Assembly (NCBI GenBank): GCA_001821395.1
Contig: MHLM01000006.1
Span: forward strand, 9,733 to 73,732
Length of the DNA stretch: 64,000 nt
Origin: Candidatus Lloydbacteria bacterium RIFCSPHIGHO2_02_FULL_50_18
GTDB lineage: Bacteria; Patescibacteriota; Minisyncoccia; Phycocordibacterales; UBA6899
Direction: 5' to 3'
The position numbers and the translations under genes are program-made. Position 1 is the stretch's first letter; each line of letters begins with the position of its first letter. Shown one piece after another: positions 34,816 through 45,132 of this stretch. The notes below the pieces were generated by a model. It searched no databases, had not been told where the DNA came from, and saw only the letters and a list, made by a program, of their open reading frames with translations.

Positions 34816-34999
34816 TGTGCTCTATTCCCCCCAAGAAGGTGCTTTGCGGCGACTAATTTTTCTTATTCGCTAAATGAGTGAGCGACATGAGAAAGCTTGC
34901 GTTCTCATGTTCGAGCGAATGACGCGAAAAAGAGGTCGTCCGATTAGCGGTACTCCGCCTTAGAAATACGTCATAACTATTGTTCTGATCCTCGTAGCT

Positions 35000-35236
35000 G
35001 TGCAATTCCGCGGACTGTTCGTTTCCGACGACGTCGGCGCACAGGCGCTGAAGAATGAGGGATACACGAATGTCCGCGTAACAGACAACGCATTCTTCTT
35101 GGTCGGAATTCGCGGGTGCGACAACACTGATGCCACGCGGATAACCGCGCTTGTAACAAACTCACAGGGCAAAGAAGTCACTATGTACGCCTGCGTCGGT
35201 TGGCCGTTCAAGGGCGCAACAGTGCGAAACCCCTGA
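35000..35236 (+). CDS. Small hypothetical protein (GTG start)
   Basis: 78-aa ORF followed by a strong terminator (AAAAGCCGAGGATCTCTCCTCGGCTTTTTT at 35252-35282). No family recognised. Confidence 0.3.
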   Translation: MQFRGLFVSDDVGAQALKNEGYTNVRVTDNAFFLVGIRGCDNTDATRITALVTNSQGKEVTMYACVGWPFKGATVRNP

Positions 35237-35352
35237 TCAGAGTACTAATTCAAAAGCCGAGGATCTCTCCTCGGCTTTTTTCTGTCCAAATATGCACCTT
35301 GCACCAATGAAAATGCAACAAAAAAAACCCGCAATAAATTGCGGGTTGTGTT

Positions 35353-36513
35353 TCAAAAGAACGAGTCGGGCGAGCGATACTCTTTCGAGAGATCGTGATG
35401 TGCCGCTACGTGCTCGTTGGTAACGTATCCGTTATAGGTCTGGAGTCCTTTTCTGAGATCGGTATTATCTCGTAATGCGGTATATTCTCCGCCTTTGGAA
35501 CGCAGACTTTCGGAAACCAAAACAAGGACATACGGCAACGTTGTGTCGGTGAGCGCGAGGGTTGCCTCAGCGGGAACCGTTGAGCCGGGAATATTCGGAA
35601 CAGCAGAGAACACGAGCTTGCGCGCGCCGCGGGTGAACGTCTCACCGGGCTTGGTGGGATTTCCCTTTGTCCACGCAGTTGAACCGCCTTGATCGATCGA
35701 CACATCCGCGATGTAGCACCCTTGCTTCATGATGCGGAAATGTTTCTGCGTAAGGACGATCGGAGCCTCTTTCCCTCCGGGAAGCATCGGTCCGGAAATA
35801 ACGATATCCGCTTCCTTCAGATATTTCCTCACACTCTTGTCATCCAGCATCGTGAGGGGAAAGATCTTCACTTTTTCTATGCGACCATACTCTTTTTTCA
35901 GCTCAAGAATACGCTTCTCCCAAGCCTCAAAGATCACGATTGAACCAACGCCGCATACGGCACGGCAGAGAGCCGCCTCTCCGACATTTCCTCCGCCGAT
36001 GATGACGACGGAAAGATCTTGATGATGCTCCGGCTGGTGACGCGCGAGTGCACCGTGCATCGCTTGAGTTCCTGCGATCTGCGACATGGGCACAAGAAGT
36101 GGAAACACCGCTCTGTTGTCTTTCCCAGGCAGAGACACCGTTTCATAGGCAATTGCAGTGATCTTATTGTCCAACAACGTGCGCGTGAGGTCAATTGCGC
36201 CTCCTGCCAAGTGCAGATACGTGAAGAGCGTCCTTCCCGCAAATGAACGTAAGTGCGGATACTCAGACTTGATCGGCTCCTTGATCTTCACGACGATATC
36301 CGCGTTCTTCCAGATCTCGTCCGAAGTTTCGACGATGATTGCGCCGAGATCTTTGTATGCTTGATCAGAAAATCCCGACAACACTCCCGCATCATGCTCA
36401 ACGAGCACTCTCCCGCCCAACTGGGTGACCACCCAAACGCCGGCCGGAGTCATGCCGACCCGACCTTCTTGAGTTTTCTGTTCCCGAGGAACACCAACGA
36501 CACATTCAGCCAT
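35353..36513 (-). CDS. ald: Alanine dehydrogenase / PNT-family NAD(H)-binding dehydrogenase
   Basis: AlaDH/PNT N-domain. Rossmann VVIIGGGNVGEAA. Terminator (AACCCGCAATAAATTGCGGGTT) just downstream at 35319-35347. Probable start MAECVVG at 36513. Confidence 0.75.
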   Translation of the reverse strand: MAECVVGVPREQKTQEGRVGMTPAGVWVVTQLGGRVLVEHDAGVLSGFSDQAYKDLGAIIVETSDEIWKNADIVVKIKEPIKSEYPHLRSFAGRTLFTYLHLAGGAIDLTRTLLDNKITAIAYETVSLPGKDNRAVFPLLVPMSQIAGTQAMHGALARHQPEHHQDLSVVIIGGGNVGEAALCRAVCGVGSIVIFEAWEKRILELKKEYGRIEKVKIFPLTMLDDKSVRKYLKEADIVISGPMLPGGKEAPIVLTQKHFRIMKQGCYIADVSIDQGGSTAWTKGNPTKPGETFTRGARKLVFSAVPNIPGSTVPAEATLALTDTTLPYVLVLVSESLRSKGGEYTALRDNTDLRKGLQTYNGYVTNEHVAAHHDLSKEYRSPDSFF

Positions 36514-36568
36514 GACCAGCTCCTTTACAAAGTAATCCTCCATCAATCTAGACCTTCCGAAATAAAAG

Positions 36569-37144
36569 TCAAAGGATCACGCCCCTTTTTAGGAGAATCT
36601 GATATGCACCCTCTACTGTTTCCTCAAATTTACCATCAATGTTCAGAACCTCCTCGTCAAATGCGGTCCGTGAATGCATTTCCTCTTCAGCAACCGTAAG
36701 TCTCTTTTGTATTTCTTCATCACCAGTTCCCCGCAAATGCAGACGAACAGAGAGATCTTGCATATCTCCGGGAGAGAGAAATATCACCAACGCATCGGGC
36801 TCAAGTTTTTTTACAATATGACACCCCTCCACATCAAGTGCTCCAAAAACGATCGGATGCTGCTCAAGGAGGCTATGCACCTGTAACCGTGAACTACCGT
36901 AATACCCCGTCGGCCGCTCAACCGCTTCGTAGAATTCCCCTTTTGCCTTTCTTTCGATGAAGTCTTCCGCTGTCGTGAACTCATAATCGACACCGTGTTT
37001 TTCAGTGGGTCGGATCGCACGCGTCGTCGTCGATATGATAACGCCGGTATTTGGGATGCGTTTTCGCAATGCATCAATGAGTGTCGTCTTGCCGACACAG
37101 GTCGGTCCAACGATAAGAATGATCTGTCCTTTAGTGTTAGTCAT
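36569..37144 (-). CDS. gmk: Guanylate kinase
   Basis: P-loop IVGPTCVGKTTL. ..TTRAIRPTEKHGVDYEFT.. GMP-binding region. Confidence 0.9.
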   Translation of the reverse strand: MTNTKGQIILIVGPTCVGKTTLIDALRKRIPNTGVIISTTTRAIRPTEKHGVDYEFTTAEDFIERKAKGEFYEAVERPTGYYGSSRLQVHSLLEQHPIVFGALDVEGCHIVKKLEPDALVIFLSPGDMQDLSVRLHLRGTGDEEIQKRLTVAEEEMHSRTAFDEEVLNIDGKFEETVEGAYQILLKRGVIL

Positions 37145-37493
37145 GTATGTTTAATATAACACAATGAGTTATCCACAGTTTGTCCTTGACCTTGATAAAG
37201 GACACCGATATACTTGTCCCAGACGCGATTGCAGTAATATCCTCTTTTTTAAAGGACTACTGCACAAGCAGTAGTTCTTTACACAATCCAAAAAGTTTTC
37301 CTCCAACAAAGACCTCCGAGATCTCCAGCTCGGGGGTCAATTTTTATAAAAAAAGCTCATTTCATGGGCTTTTTTTATTCCTCGGTGAAGAAAACACAAG
37401 ATTCTTCACCATTTGAGATGCCTCTCGTTCTTGTCTCGCAAAATGCTTCCTCACCCTTCCGGACCTTGAATAAGCCAATCTAGACCTCAGATG

Positions 37494-38243
37494 CTAGGCA
37501 TTCAGGAAATACTGCTCAAGCAGCGTATCAAGATCACCTTCGCCGTGATGCGCCTTGTGATACATATCCTTAAGTTCGCGGAGGCGATCTTCAAGCTCGT
37601 GACCGAGATATTTCTTCGAGTTGGTCAGATAGCGCTGATAGTTATATGGACTCACCCCGGCCTTTATGGCCTCATCTTTGTCGCAATGCGCGCAGAGATA
37701 GAGCAGTTTCGTCGCCCAAAATATGGTCCCATGAATCTCTTCCGCCGCCGCCCCACGTGACTTTGCACGTACAAACTCCACCCAAGCAGTCTTCTTATCC
37801 CGCGCGGCGATGGCATCAGCGATCACAAAATTATTCTCAATTTTAGCCTTTTTAATCAGTGGAAAATCGTGAACTGTTCCGACCTTCTGAAAAAGTTTTA
37901 ACATATCCTTATTTGGAGCCGTTTCACGGATAAAGAGGTGATTGGGAGTCGCAGCTATCTCTTCAGAATAAAATGACTCAGCCTCTTTTGAGCCCGATAT
38001 CCCATCAAAAACGATCATATTTTTCTCTCCAAAGAGATTTTGCGCAAAAATAGCCTCACGTGCGGCCATTGGATCAAAACTCACATCGGAAAAGCGTGAT
38101 ACTCCGACGGATGGATCATCCGATATTGTAGCATCTACGGCCTTGCGTAAGGCTTTTCTGGCGGATTGAGTATCTTCTCCGATGAATATGTCGATCATAG
38201 GTAGGTACATTTTATCATGCCGGCACGAAGAGACCGAATGCAC
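37494..38243 (-). CDS. DNA polymerase III delta subunit (HolA)-like protein
   Basis: 249 aa. Weak HolA-like features (..IFIGED.., C-terminal helical domain). Gene context next to polA. Confidence 0.35.
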   Translation of the reverse strand: MHSVSSCRHDKMYLPMIDIFIGEDTQSARKALRKAVDATISDDPSVGVSRFSDVSFDPMAAREAIFAQNLFGEKNMIVFDGISGSKEAESFYSEEIAATPNHLFIRETAPNKDMLKLFQKVGTVHDFPLIKKAKIENNFVIADAIAARDKKTAWVEFVRAKSRGAAAEEIHGTIFWATKLLYLCAHCDKDEAIKAGVSPYNYQRYLTNSKKYLGHELEDRLRELKDMYHKAHHGEGDLDTLLEQYFLNA

Positions 38244-38276
38244 AGCTTCCGGTGATTCATATTGGAGTTCTTCCTA

Positions 38277-40790
38277 TTATTTTAGACTTCCCCAGCGTTT
38301 TCCATGCTTGCTGTCCACGACAAGCGGGACATTTGCACCGCGGGTACCTACATTGACCGATGTCATGGCCTTTTTGATCACTTCCGTTACCGTTGTAATG
38401 GTTTCCGGGTCATCGCGCACTTCAAGAATGAGTTCATCATGAACCTGAAGGATCAGTGCCGCATCATTATCCAGATGCTTATCTTTCAGCGCATTATCGG
38501 CCTTCTGCATTGCGATCTTAAAAAAGTCCGCCGCAGTCCCCTGAAGAGGTGCATTCATTGCCATACGTTCCGCCATCGCTTTCATAAACGGAATACGTGA
38601 GCGAAGGTTCGGAAAATACCGACGTCTTCCAAAGAGCGTTTCCGTATAGCCCTTTTTTGTTGCTTCAACTTTTACGTTATCAAAATATGCGGCGATCTTT
38701 GGAAATGCGATAAAATACTGATCATAGAACTGTTGTGCTTCCTCACGCGTTGCGCCGAGATTCTGTTTGAGTGCATTCACTCCCATCCCATAGATGATAC
38801 CGAAGTTGATGACCTTTGCGCGACGGCGCATTTCTTTTGTCACTTCTTCGGGCTTCATACGGAAAACACGTGACGCAACCGATGTATGGATATCCGCGCC
38901 CGATCGAAATATTTCTGCCAACCCCGGATCTTCGGAGAGCATCGCGAGCACGCGCATTTCGATCTGTGAATAATCAAACGACATGAGCACGGATCCCAGA
39001 GGGGCAATAAATGCGTCGCGCACGACCGCACCCAAGCCCTCACGAACGGGGATGTTTTGGACATTCGGATTGGATGAGGAAAATCTTCCGGTTGTCGTAC
39101 CATCTTGATGCAGCGTCGAATGAAGCCGGCTGTGCTCATCAACCATGAGTGGAATATTGTCGATATAGGTCGAAAGGAGTTTTTGGACTTCCCGATATGC
39201 AAGGATGGAAGCAATGATCGGATGTACGTCCCGAAGCTTCTCCAGCTCTGACTCGCGCGTTGAGCGCGCCCCACCCGCGGTCTTCTTCAGACCCTTCACC
39301 GCAAGCCCCATGTGGTCAAAAAGAACGACCCCGAGCTGTTTTGGCGAATTCATATTGAATTCTTCCCCCGCAAGACGATATATCTCTTTTTCCGACTTAT
39401 CGAGCTGTGCATGATAATCAAGCGAGAGCTTTTTCAGATACGCAACATCAATGAGCACGCCCTTTTTTTCTGCACGGAGAATGAGTGGAATGAGTGGAAG
39501 CTCAATATCCTCATACAGATGCAGGAGCCCCTGTGCCGCAAGCTCTCCTATGATCTTCTGATGCGCAAGAGATAGATCATGCTCTCCTGTGTGATCGACG
39601 ATCTCCTCTATGCCGGGCGTGGTTAGATCTGAATTGAGCAACCATAAGCCTATCGCGGTCTTTCTGAGTAACACTTGATCAACGTCTCCCCCATCCTTCT
39701 TCTCCTTACCCCCCGTAATTTTTTTTTGTTTTGTCTCATCGCTCTTCTCTACACTATCATTAAGCGATCTCACGCGAGCGCCGAGGTTTTTAAATTCAAG
39801 CTGATTAAAGAGCGTAATGGCCTTATCAACAGTGAATGTTTCTTTCCATGTTTTCTCCGGCAGTGTGTAGGTAATTGGCGCATCCCTCCGTATCGTCCCA
39901 AGCATTTTTGAAAAAAGCGCATCTTCCTCACCCGCAATGAGCAGCTCGACCATGCGTGGTGAAATTCCCGCTTCGGTGAGTTTCTCTTTCCCCTTTTTCA
40001 ACGCCGCATATATTCCTTCTATCGTGCCAAATTTTTGGATCAATGTGCTTCCGGTCTTTTCTCCGATGCCTGCGATACCAATGATATTGTCGGACGGATC
40101 ACCGCGCAGACCCTTATAGTCAGGCAGCTGTAACGGACCAAAGCCAAATCGCTCGTTCACCTTATCCTCATCGTAAACAATCGTATCATTAATGCCTTTC
40201 CGCAGGGTGTACACTCGTACGCGTTTTTTTGATACGAGCTGAAGCGTGTCCATATCTCCGGTCACGATAAGAATTTCAAGATCCTTCTCTTTCTTTAGCT
40301 GCTCCACGATCGTCCCGAGCATGTCATCAGCCTCAAACCCCGGCGTATCGTAAATCGGAATATGAAATGCGGAAAAGATGTCGCGACTTCGATTGAGCTG
40401 CTGTTTCAGCTCTTCATCCGCCTTTGCGCGTCCCGCCTTATAGTCTTTATATTCTTTATGACGGAACGTCGGACCGGGGAGATCGTAGCAGGCCGCCATA
40501 TAGTCAGGCTGAAATTCCTGGATCGAACGCAGGAGCATCGTCGAAAGACCATACAGGCCTCCTGTTGGCTCTCCTGCCTTTGTCGCGAACTCGGGAAGTG
40601 CATGATACGCACGATGCACGATCGCGTGTGCATCAAAGAGGACGAGTCGTTTTGCATGGGTTTTTGCAACCATGTGGATATCATACCAGTTCGTTGATGT
40701 TTTCCACTCTCGCCCATACCAATATTGTTCATATTTGGCAAAAAACTGAGAAAGAAGATTGTGATCTCCATTAAGCATAACGAAACACAC
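38277..40790 (-). CDS. polA: DNA polymerase I (5'-3' exonuclease + family A polymerase domains)
   Basis: 5' nuclease domain LVLFDAHAIVHRAYHAL. Polymerase motifs RRRAKVINFGIIYG (motif B) and LILQVHDELILE (motif C). Confidence 0.9.
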   Translation of the reverse strand: MCFVMLNGDHNLLSQFFAKYEQYWYGREWKTSTNWYDIHMVAKTHAKRLVLFDAHAIVHRAYHALPEFATKAGEPTGGLYGLSTMLLRSIQEFQPDYMAACYDLPGPTFRHKEYKDYKAGRAKADEELKQQLNRSRDIFSAFHIPIYDTPGFEADDMLGTIVEQLKKEKDLEILIVTGDMDTLQLVSKKRVRVYTLRKGINDTIVYDEDKVNERFGFGPLQLPDYKGLRGDPSDNIIGIAGIGEKTGSTLIQKFGTIEGIYAALKKGKEKLTEAGISPRMVELLIAGEEDALFSKMLGTIRRDAPITYTLPEKTWKETFTVDKAITLFNQLEFKNLGARVRSLNDSVEKSDETKQKKITGGKEKKDGGDVDQVLLRKTAIGLWLLNSDLTTPGIEEIVDHTGEHDLSLAHQKIIGELAAQGLLHLYEDIELPLIPLILRAEKKGVLIDVAYLKKLSLDYHAQLDKSEKEIYRLAGEEFNMNSPKQLGVVLFDHMGLAVKGLKKTAGGARSTRESELEKLRDVHPIIASILAYREVQKLLSTYIDNIPLMVDEHSRLHSTLHQDGTTTGRFSSSNPNVQNIPVREGLGAVVRDAFIAPLGSVLMSFDYSQIEMRVLAMLSEDPGLAEIFRSGADIHTSVASRVFRMKPEEVTKEMRRRAKVINFGIIYGMGVNALKQNLGATREEAQQFYDQYFIAFPKIAAYFDNVKVEATKKGYTETLFGRRRYFPNLRSRIPFMKAMAERMAMNAPLQGTAADFFKIAMQKADNALKDKHLDNDAALILQVHDELILEVRDDPETITTVTEVIKKAMTSVNVGTRGANVPLVVDSKHGKRWGSLK

Positions 40791-40901
40791 GCAAAAAGCG
40801 GGGGTCTTTCACTTCGTCTATTAACGGTTCATTCCAATGACTTCATCCTCGACTCTCCAACGAACTCATCCTATATTTTTCAACATATTTTCACCGTTTT
40901 T

Positions 40902-40922
40902 TGTCAAGGTTTAACCTTGACA
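40902..40922. repeat. REP palindrome copy 3 (TGTCAAGGTTTAACCTTGACA) flanked by T6/A6
   Basis: Identical to copy 1 at 20970-20990. Intergenic upstream of polA. Confidence 0.7.
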
Positions 40923-40951
40923 AAAAACGTCGATGGAGGAGCGGGGGGTGT

Positions 40952-41185
40952 TTAATCTTTATCCTCACCCCATCCTGATCCAAACTCATAATTAAGCAGC
41001 GTGCGCGCCTCATCCACGTCCTCTTCTCGAAGCGCAAAAAGGTCGAAACCAAAGGCCTCTCCACTCGTTTCAGATCTCGCTCCTTCACGATTGCGAATGA
41101 AGCTCTTGATCCCATGCGTGATCAAGAACTGGCGTGTATCTCGCGCCTGATCCGCCTCGCGAAAGAATTTGATCCGCGTACTCAT
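40952..41185 (-). CDS. Small hypothetical protein translationally coupled to tsaE
   Basis: 77-aa ORF. 4-nt overlap with the tsaE stop. Confidence 0.4.
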   Translation of the reverse strand: MSTRIKFFREADQARDTRQFLITHGIKSFIRNREGARSETSGEAFGFDLFALREEDVDEARTLLNYEFGSGWGEDKD

Positions 41186-41646
41186 ATATTTCCTTTTTTA
41201 TCATAAATGCGCCGCACTGTCTCACTGATTACCTGAAAAAAAAGAATTGCTCCATATGAAGGAAAGCTCTTCCCGATCATCTCCGGCCATTCAACAAGAA
41301 GAAGATTCGTCGGCTCTGCAAGCAACGCGCTCCATCCGATCGGACCAAGCTCATCCTCGGATCCGATACGATACGCATCCACATGCACGAGCCGACGAAA
41401 TTGCGCAGTATTTGGAATGTCATAAAATCGCGCAATCACAAATGTGGGTGAGGGAACGGATTCACGAATACCGAGCGCACGTGCAAACGATTGTGTAAAT
41501 GCTGTTTTCCCGGCTCCCAACTCACCGGAAAGACCGAGTACGGTCGCATGAGTAGCATGAGCATCTTTCGTCTCACGAAGCATTTGTTCAAGTATCGCTG
41601 CTGCAACACCGTCCATCTCGATCTTATTGTTGATGATCTTTTCCAT
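41182..41646 (-). CDS. tsaE: tRNA threonylcarbamoyladenosine biosynthesis protein TsaE (YjeE)
   Basis: LGLSGELGAGKTAFTQ P-loop. ..VPSPTFVIARFYD.. motif. Confidence 0.8.
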   Translation of the reverse strand: MEKIINNKIEMDGVAAAILEQMLRETKDAHATHATVLGLSGELGAGKTAFTQSFARALGIRESVPSPTFVIARFYDIPNTAQFRRLVHVDAYRIGSEDELGPIGWSALLAEPTNLLLVEWPEMIGKSFPSYGAILFFQVISETVRRIYDKKGNI

Positions 41647-41707
41647 CGTGATGTCATTCTCTCACAAAAAAGCACCACATGGTGCTTTTTTGTTTTGTTT
41701 TCTTCAT

Positions 41708-43381
41708 TTAACGGGGTGTCCCGCCCACCGAAGGAAGCATTCGCGCAAGCCGCGAACCGTCTTCCTCCTGCTCCATCGCCTCGATCGAGGCTTTCTTCTG
41801 TCGGTAATATGCTATTCCTTTTCGGACCCCAATGATCGCAAGCACAACAAATATGAGGTAGAGGATCCAGCCAACAAACGAACTGGGGAGCATACCGTTT
41901 CCCGCTCCCGCAGTGTTTGCTCTTGCTCCCGTACTTCCTTTTGCGCCGGCTAGGGCGGTGCCGCCCGACGATACGACACGCGTCGCACCCATCTGCTGAA
42001 ATTCCAATCGTGCACGCGCATCAGGAAAACCTTTTGCACTTCCCGTTGTCATACCAAGAATGCTCAACACTCTCGTTCCACCTTTTTCAAGACGCCCAAT
42101 CGGAAGAACGTACGTACGCTCTCCTCCTGATCCATCTTCAAGCAAGAGCTCATTGTTCGTATTATCACCGATATACACAACGTCAAACGGAATGATGATC
42201 TTCAATTTCGCACCGGTTGCAACGGATGATTCCCCGTATTGATAGGTGATACGATACTCCACCGGAGTATGGATCGAGACATTGGTGGGTCCGATCTTTT
42301 CTATCTGCACCGCGGTCTTCTTATCGCTCCCCATAAGTGCATTCCAAAATGCGCCGAGTGGTCCGCCTGCCGTGGCGACACTCGCGACTTGCGCGCTGGG
42401 ATCATTGACCATGCTGGTATTCACGGAGTCTGCGGTGTCAGATTGAGGAGTGGCCGTTGTTGTTTTTTTCCGAAAAAGTGAAGCGAGGAGATCGCCGGCA
42501 AAGTTCTGCGAAGTAATCCCGCCCGCGGCCACTGATGACCCCTGATTCGTTGCAAGATAGACCCCGCTTGACGACGTCGTGCGGGCAACACCGTCGCCAC
42601 CCACTGTCGCAGGCGGAATTGCTTGAGAAACTTGCGCTTCGGGTGGCGGAGGAGGAGTGCCTGCAGTATTCAATATGCGGATTGCACCATAGGTACGCCC
42701 TGCGGAATTTTCCGCAACGATCCGATAAAAATATGTCGTTCCGGGAGTCAGGCTCGAGAGAGCGCTCTCAAAGAAATTTGCGTTCGACGAGACGCCCACT
42801 TTAGACGTTTGGCCTTCAAGGCGCTGGGACGTACCCCAATCAAACCATGCCTTTGTCGTAGTGTCCCCATGCGGGCTCACGTACCCCCGAAGCGTCACCG
42901 TCGTTTCACCGACGGCGCTTGGAGAGTCCGTCTCTGCAATCACCAGCGGCGGGACACCAATGACGAGTACCTTTGTGGTGAAATACAATGTTTGACCGAC
43001 ATCCTTACCGCGTCCGTTCTCTACGATCTGACGGTAAAAATATTGTGTACTCGGCGCGAGCCCAACGATGTCCGCACTTGTGTCAGTAAGCGTGTTTCCA
43101 TACCAACTCGACACCGACTGATGCGTGGTCTCGTAGACGACCCCGGGTCGGCCGGAAATTCCCCACTCAAACCAGGCATAGGCATCGGGCATTTCACTAG
43201 GATTCGCCTGACCATTCAGCTTTGCGCTCTTTTCCGTGATGAATAATGCCTGCTTTGAGATCGCGATCGGTGCGGCCTGATATGCAAAGACCGTCACCGG
43301 GGAGATGATGAGCAGTAGCGGCATCACAAAAAGGGAGACCGATAAATAATTCGATGTCTTTTTCATTCGCCCATTATACAC
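41708..43381 (-). CDS. Secreted cell-surface protein with two internal ~110-aa repeats and a C-terminal TM anchor
   Basis: Signal peptide. Repeats (..AYAWFEWGIS...TQYFYRQIVENGRG.. / ..KAWFDWGTSQ...TTYFYRIVAENSAGRTYG..). Low-complexity linker. C-terminal FVGWILYLIFVVLAIIGV. Confidence 0.55.
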   Translation of the reverse strand: MYNGRMKKTSNYLSVSLFVMPLLLIISPVTVFAYQAAPIAISKQALFITEKSAKLNGQANPSEMPDAYAWFEWGISGRPGVVYETTHQSVSSWYGNTLTDTSADIVGLAPSTQYFYRQIVENGRGKDVGQTLYFTTKVLVIGVPPLVIAETDSPSAVGETTVTLRGYVSPHGDTTTKAWFDWGTSQRLEGQTSKVGVSSNANFFESALSSLTPGTTYFYRIVAENSAGRTYGAIRILNTAGTPPPPPEAQVSQAIPPATVGGDGVARTTSSSGVYLATNQGSSVAAGGITSQNFAGDLLASLFRKKTTTATPQSDTADSVNTSMVNDPSAQVASVATAGGPLGAFWNALMGSDKKTAVQIEKIGPTNVSIHTPVEYRITYQYGESSVATGAKLKIIIPFDVVYIGDNTNNELLLEDGSGGERTYVLPIGRLEKGGTRVLSILGMTTGSAKGFPDARARLEFQQMGATRVVSSGGTALAGAKGSTGARANTAGAGNGMLPSSFVGWILYLIFVVLAIIGVRKGIAYYRQKKASIEAMEQEEDGSRLARMLPSVGGTPR

Positions 43382-43452
43382 TATTTATATTTTTTGTCAA
43401 ACATTAATATAACTTCTTGTTGAGCCATCGCAGAGGGAGTACAATATGATTT

Positions 43453-45132
43453 ATGCCCCATTTTCAAGACGAAAAACAAACAAAGGTGTTCAGCGATATG
43501 CGCGAAAAGGAAGCAGAAGACCTTGCGCAGATCCTTGCAGCACGATATGAGCTTCCCTACGTTGACCTTTCACGGGTCATCATCAACAACAACGCCGCAC
43601 GTCTTATACCGGAAGAAACGGCACGCAAGGCAAAGCTCATCGTGTACTCGGTCGACATGAAAAATGTCAGTATTGCGATACAGACTCCGCACATAGAGGG
43701 CGTCAACCAGGTCGTCACAGAGCTCACTCGACAAGGTTATAATCCTACCATATTGATCGCATCGGAATACGGGATCGCTCGCGCATGGGAGGTCTACAAA
43801 GAGGTCTCGCACGCGATCGCCTCGACCGCAGGAGTGATGTCAGTATCGAACGAAACAATGCAGAAATATGTCTCAATGATCAAGACCATCGCGGACGTGA
43901 AGGCGGTCGTTGATGAAGCGATCGGCTCGGGTGATGTGCACTCACTTTCTACGGTCGTGGAGATCATCTTGGGCGGTGCAGTTGCGACAAGCGTCTCCGA
44001 TGTGCATATCGAACCGGAGAAGGAAACGGTCCGCGTGCGTTATCGTCTCGATGGAGTCCTCCAGGATGTCGTTGAGATCACACACGTCGGCTATAAAAAA
44101 GTACTCGCGCGCATTAAGCTGCTGGCGGGAATGAAGCTCAATGTCACCCACGAAGCCCAAGACGGACGGTTCACGATCAAGATCAACGACATCGATGTTG
44201 AGGTGCGTACCTCGGTACTCCCGGCCGCATATGCGGAATCGGTAGTGATGCGTATTTTGAATCCGAAATCCATTTCCGTTCCGCTTGAGGAACTCGGTAT
44301 GGATGAATACTTTTATAAGATCATGACGGAGCAGATTGGAAAACCGAACGGACTCATTCTTACGACCGGGCCGACCGGATCAGGAAAAACAACGACACTC
44401 TACGCCTGTCTAAAAAAATTACGTAGCCCGCAAATAAAGATCATCACCATTGAGGACCCTATCGAATACCACCTTGACGGCATCTCGCAAACACAGATCG
44501 ATCACGAAAAAGGTTACGACTTCTCTCATGGGCTCCGCGCAGCGGTGCGCCAAGACCCCGATGTCATCATGGTCGGTGAAATTCGAGACGAAGAAACAGC
44601 TTCCGTTGCGATCGACTCTGCGCTCACCGGTCACTTGGTCTTTTCAACACTCCATACCAATAATGCCGCCGGCGCTATTCCTCGACTCATCGATATCGGT
44701 GTGAATCCGAAGATCATCAGTTCCGCGCTCAACATCGCAATCGGTCAACGACTCGTGCGCAGACTCTGCACGCAGTGCAAAGAAGAATATGTTCCCGTAG
44801 GGAAAGAGATAGAGCTGCTCATGCGCGAATTACCGGAGATAAAAAAATATCGTCCGAACATAGAATTTCCCGAACACCTTTGGCGACCCGCCGGATGTGA
44901 AAAATGTTCGTTCACCGGTTATAAAGGCCGCATCTCTATTTACGAGGGTATCCTCATGGATAGAAACATTGAGGAGATCCTTCGAGAGAACCCGAGCGAG
45001 CGCGAGATCAAAGAAGCCTCAAAATCGCAAGGGCTCCTGGATATGCGCCAAGACGGGATCATCAAGTGCATCAAAGGAATAACTTCAATCGCCGAAATCG
45101 AGCGGTCTGTCGGACTCGAAGAATCACGCTAA
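43453..45132 (+). CDS. pilB: Type IV pilus assembly ATPase PilB (GspE family)
   Basis: Walker A GPTGSGKTTTLYA. Asp box. C-terminal tetra-Cys CTQC...CEKC. N-terminal T2SSE_N domain. Confidence 0.9.
   Translation: MPHFQDEKQTKVFSDMREKEAEDLAQILAARYELPYVDLSRVIINNNAARLIPEETARKAKLIVYSVDMKNVSIAIQTPHIEGVNQVVTELTRQGYNPTILIASEYGIARAWEVYKEVSHAIASTAGVMSVSNETMQKYVSMIKTIADVKAVVDEAIGSGDVHSLSTVVEIILGGAVATSVSDVHIEPEKETVRVRYRLDGVLQDVVEITHVGYKKVLARIKLLAGMKLNVTHEAQDGRFTIKINDIDVEVRTSVLPAAYAESVVMRILNPKSISVPLEELGMDEYFYKIMTEQIGKPNGLILTTGPTGSGKTTTLYACLKKLRSPQIKIITIEDPIEYHLDGISQTQIDHEKGYDFSHGLRAAVRQDPDVIMVGEIRDEETASVAIDSALTGHLVFSTLHTNNAAGAIPRLIDIGVNPKIISSALNIAIGQRLVRRLCTQCKEEYVPVGKEIELLMRELPEIKKYRPNIEFPEHLWRPAGCEKCSFTGYKGRISIYEGILMDRNIEEILRENPSEREIKEASKSQGLLDMRQDGIIKCIKGITSIAEIERSVGLEESR

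Noticed and set aside
37163-37171. Isolated perfect DnaA box TTATCCACA upstream of gmk as a second origin
   Set aside because: A single box with no AT-rich unwinding element or cluster. A clear origin exists at dnaA-dnaN.
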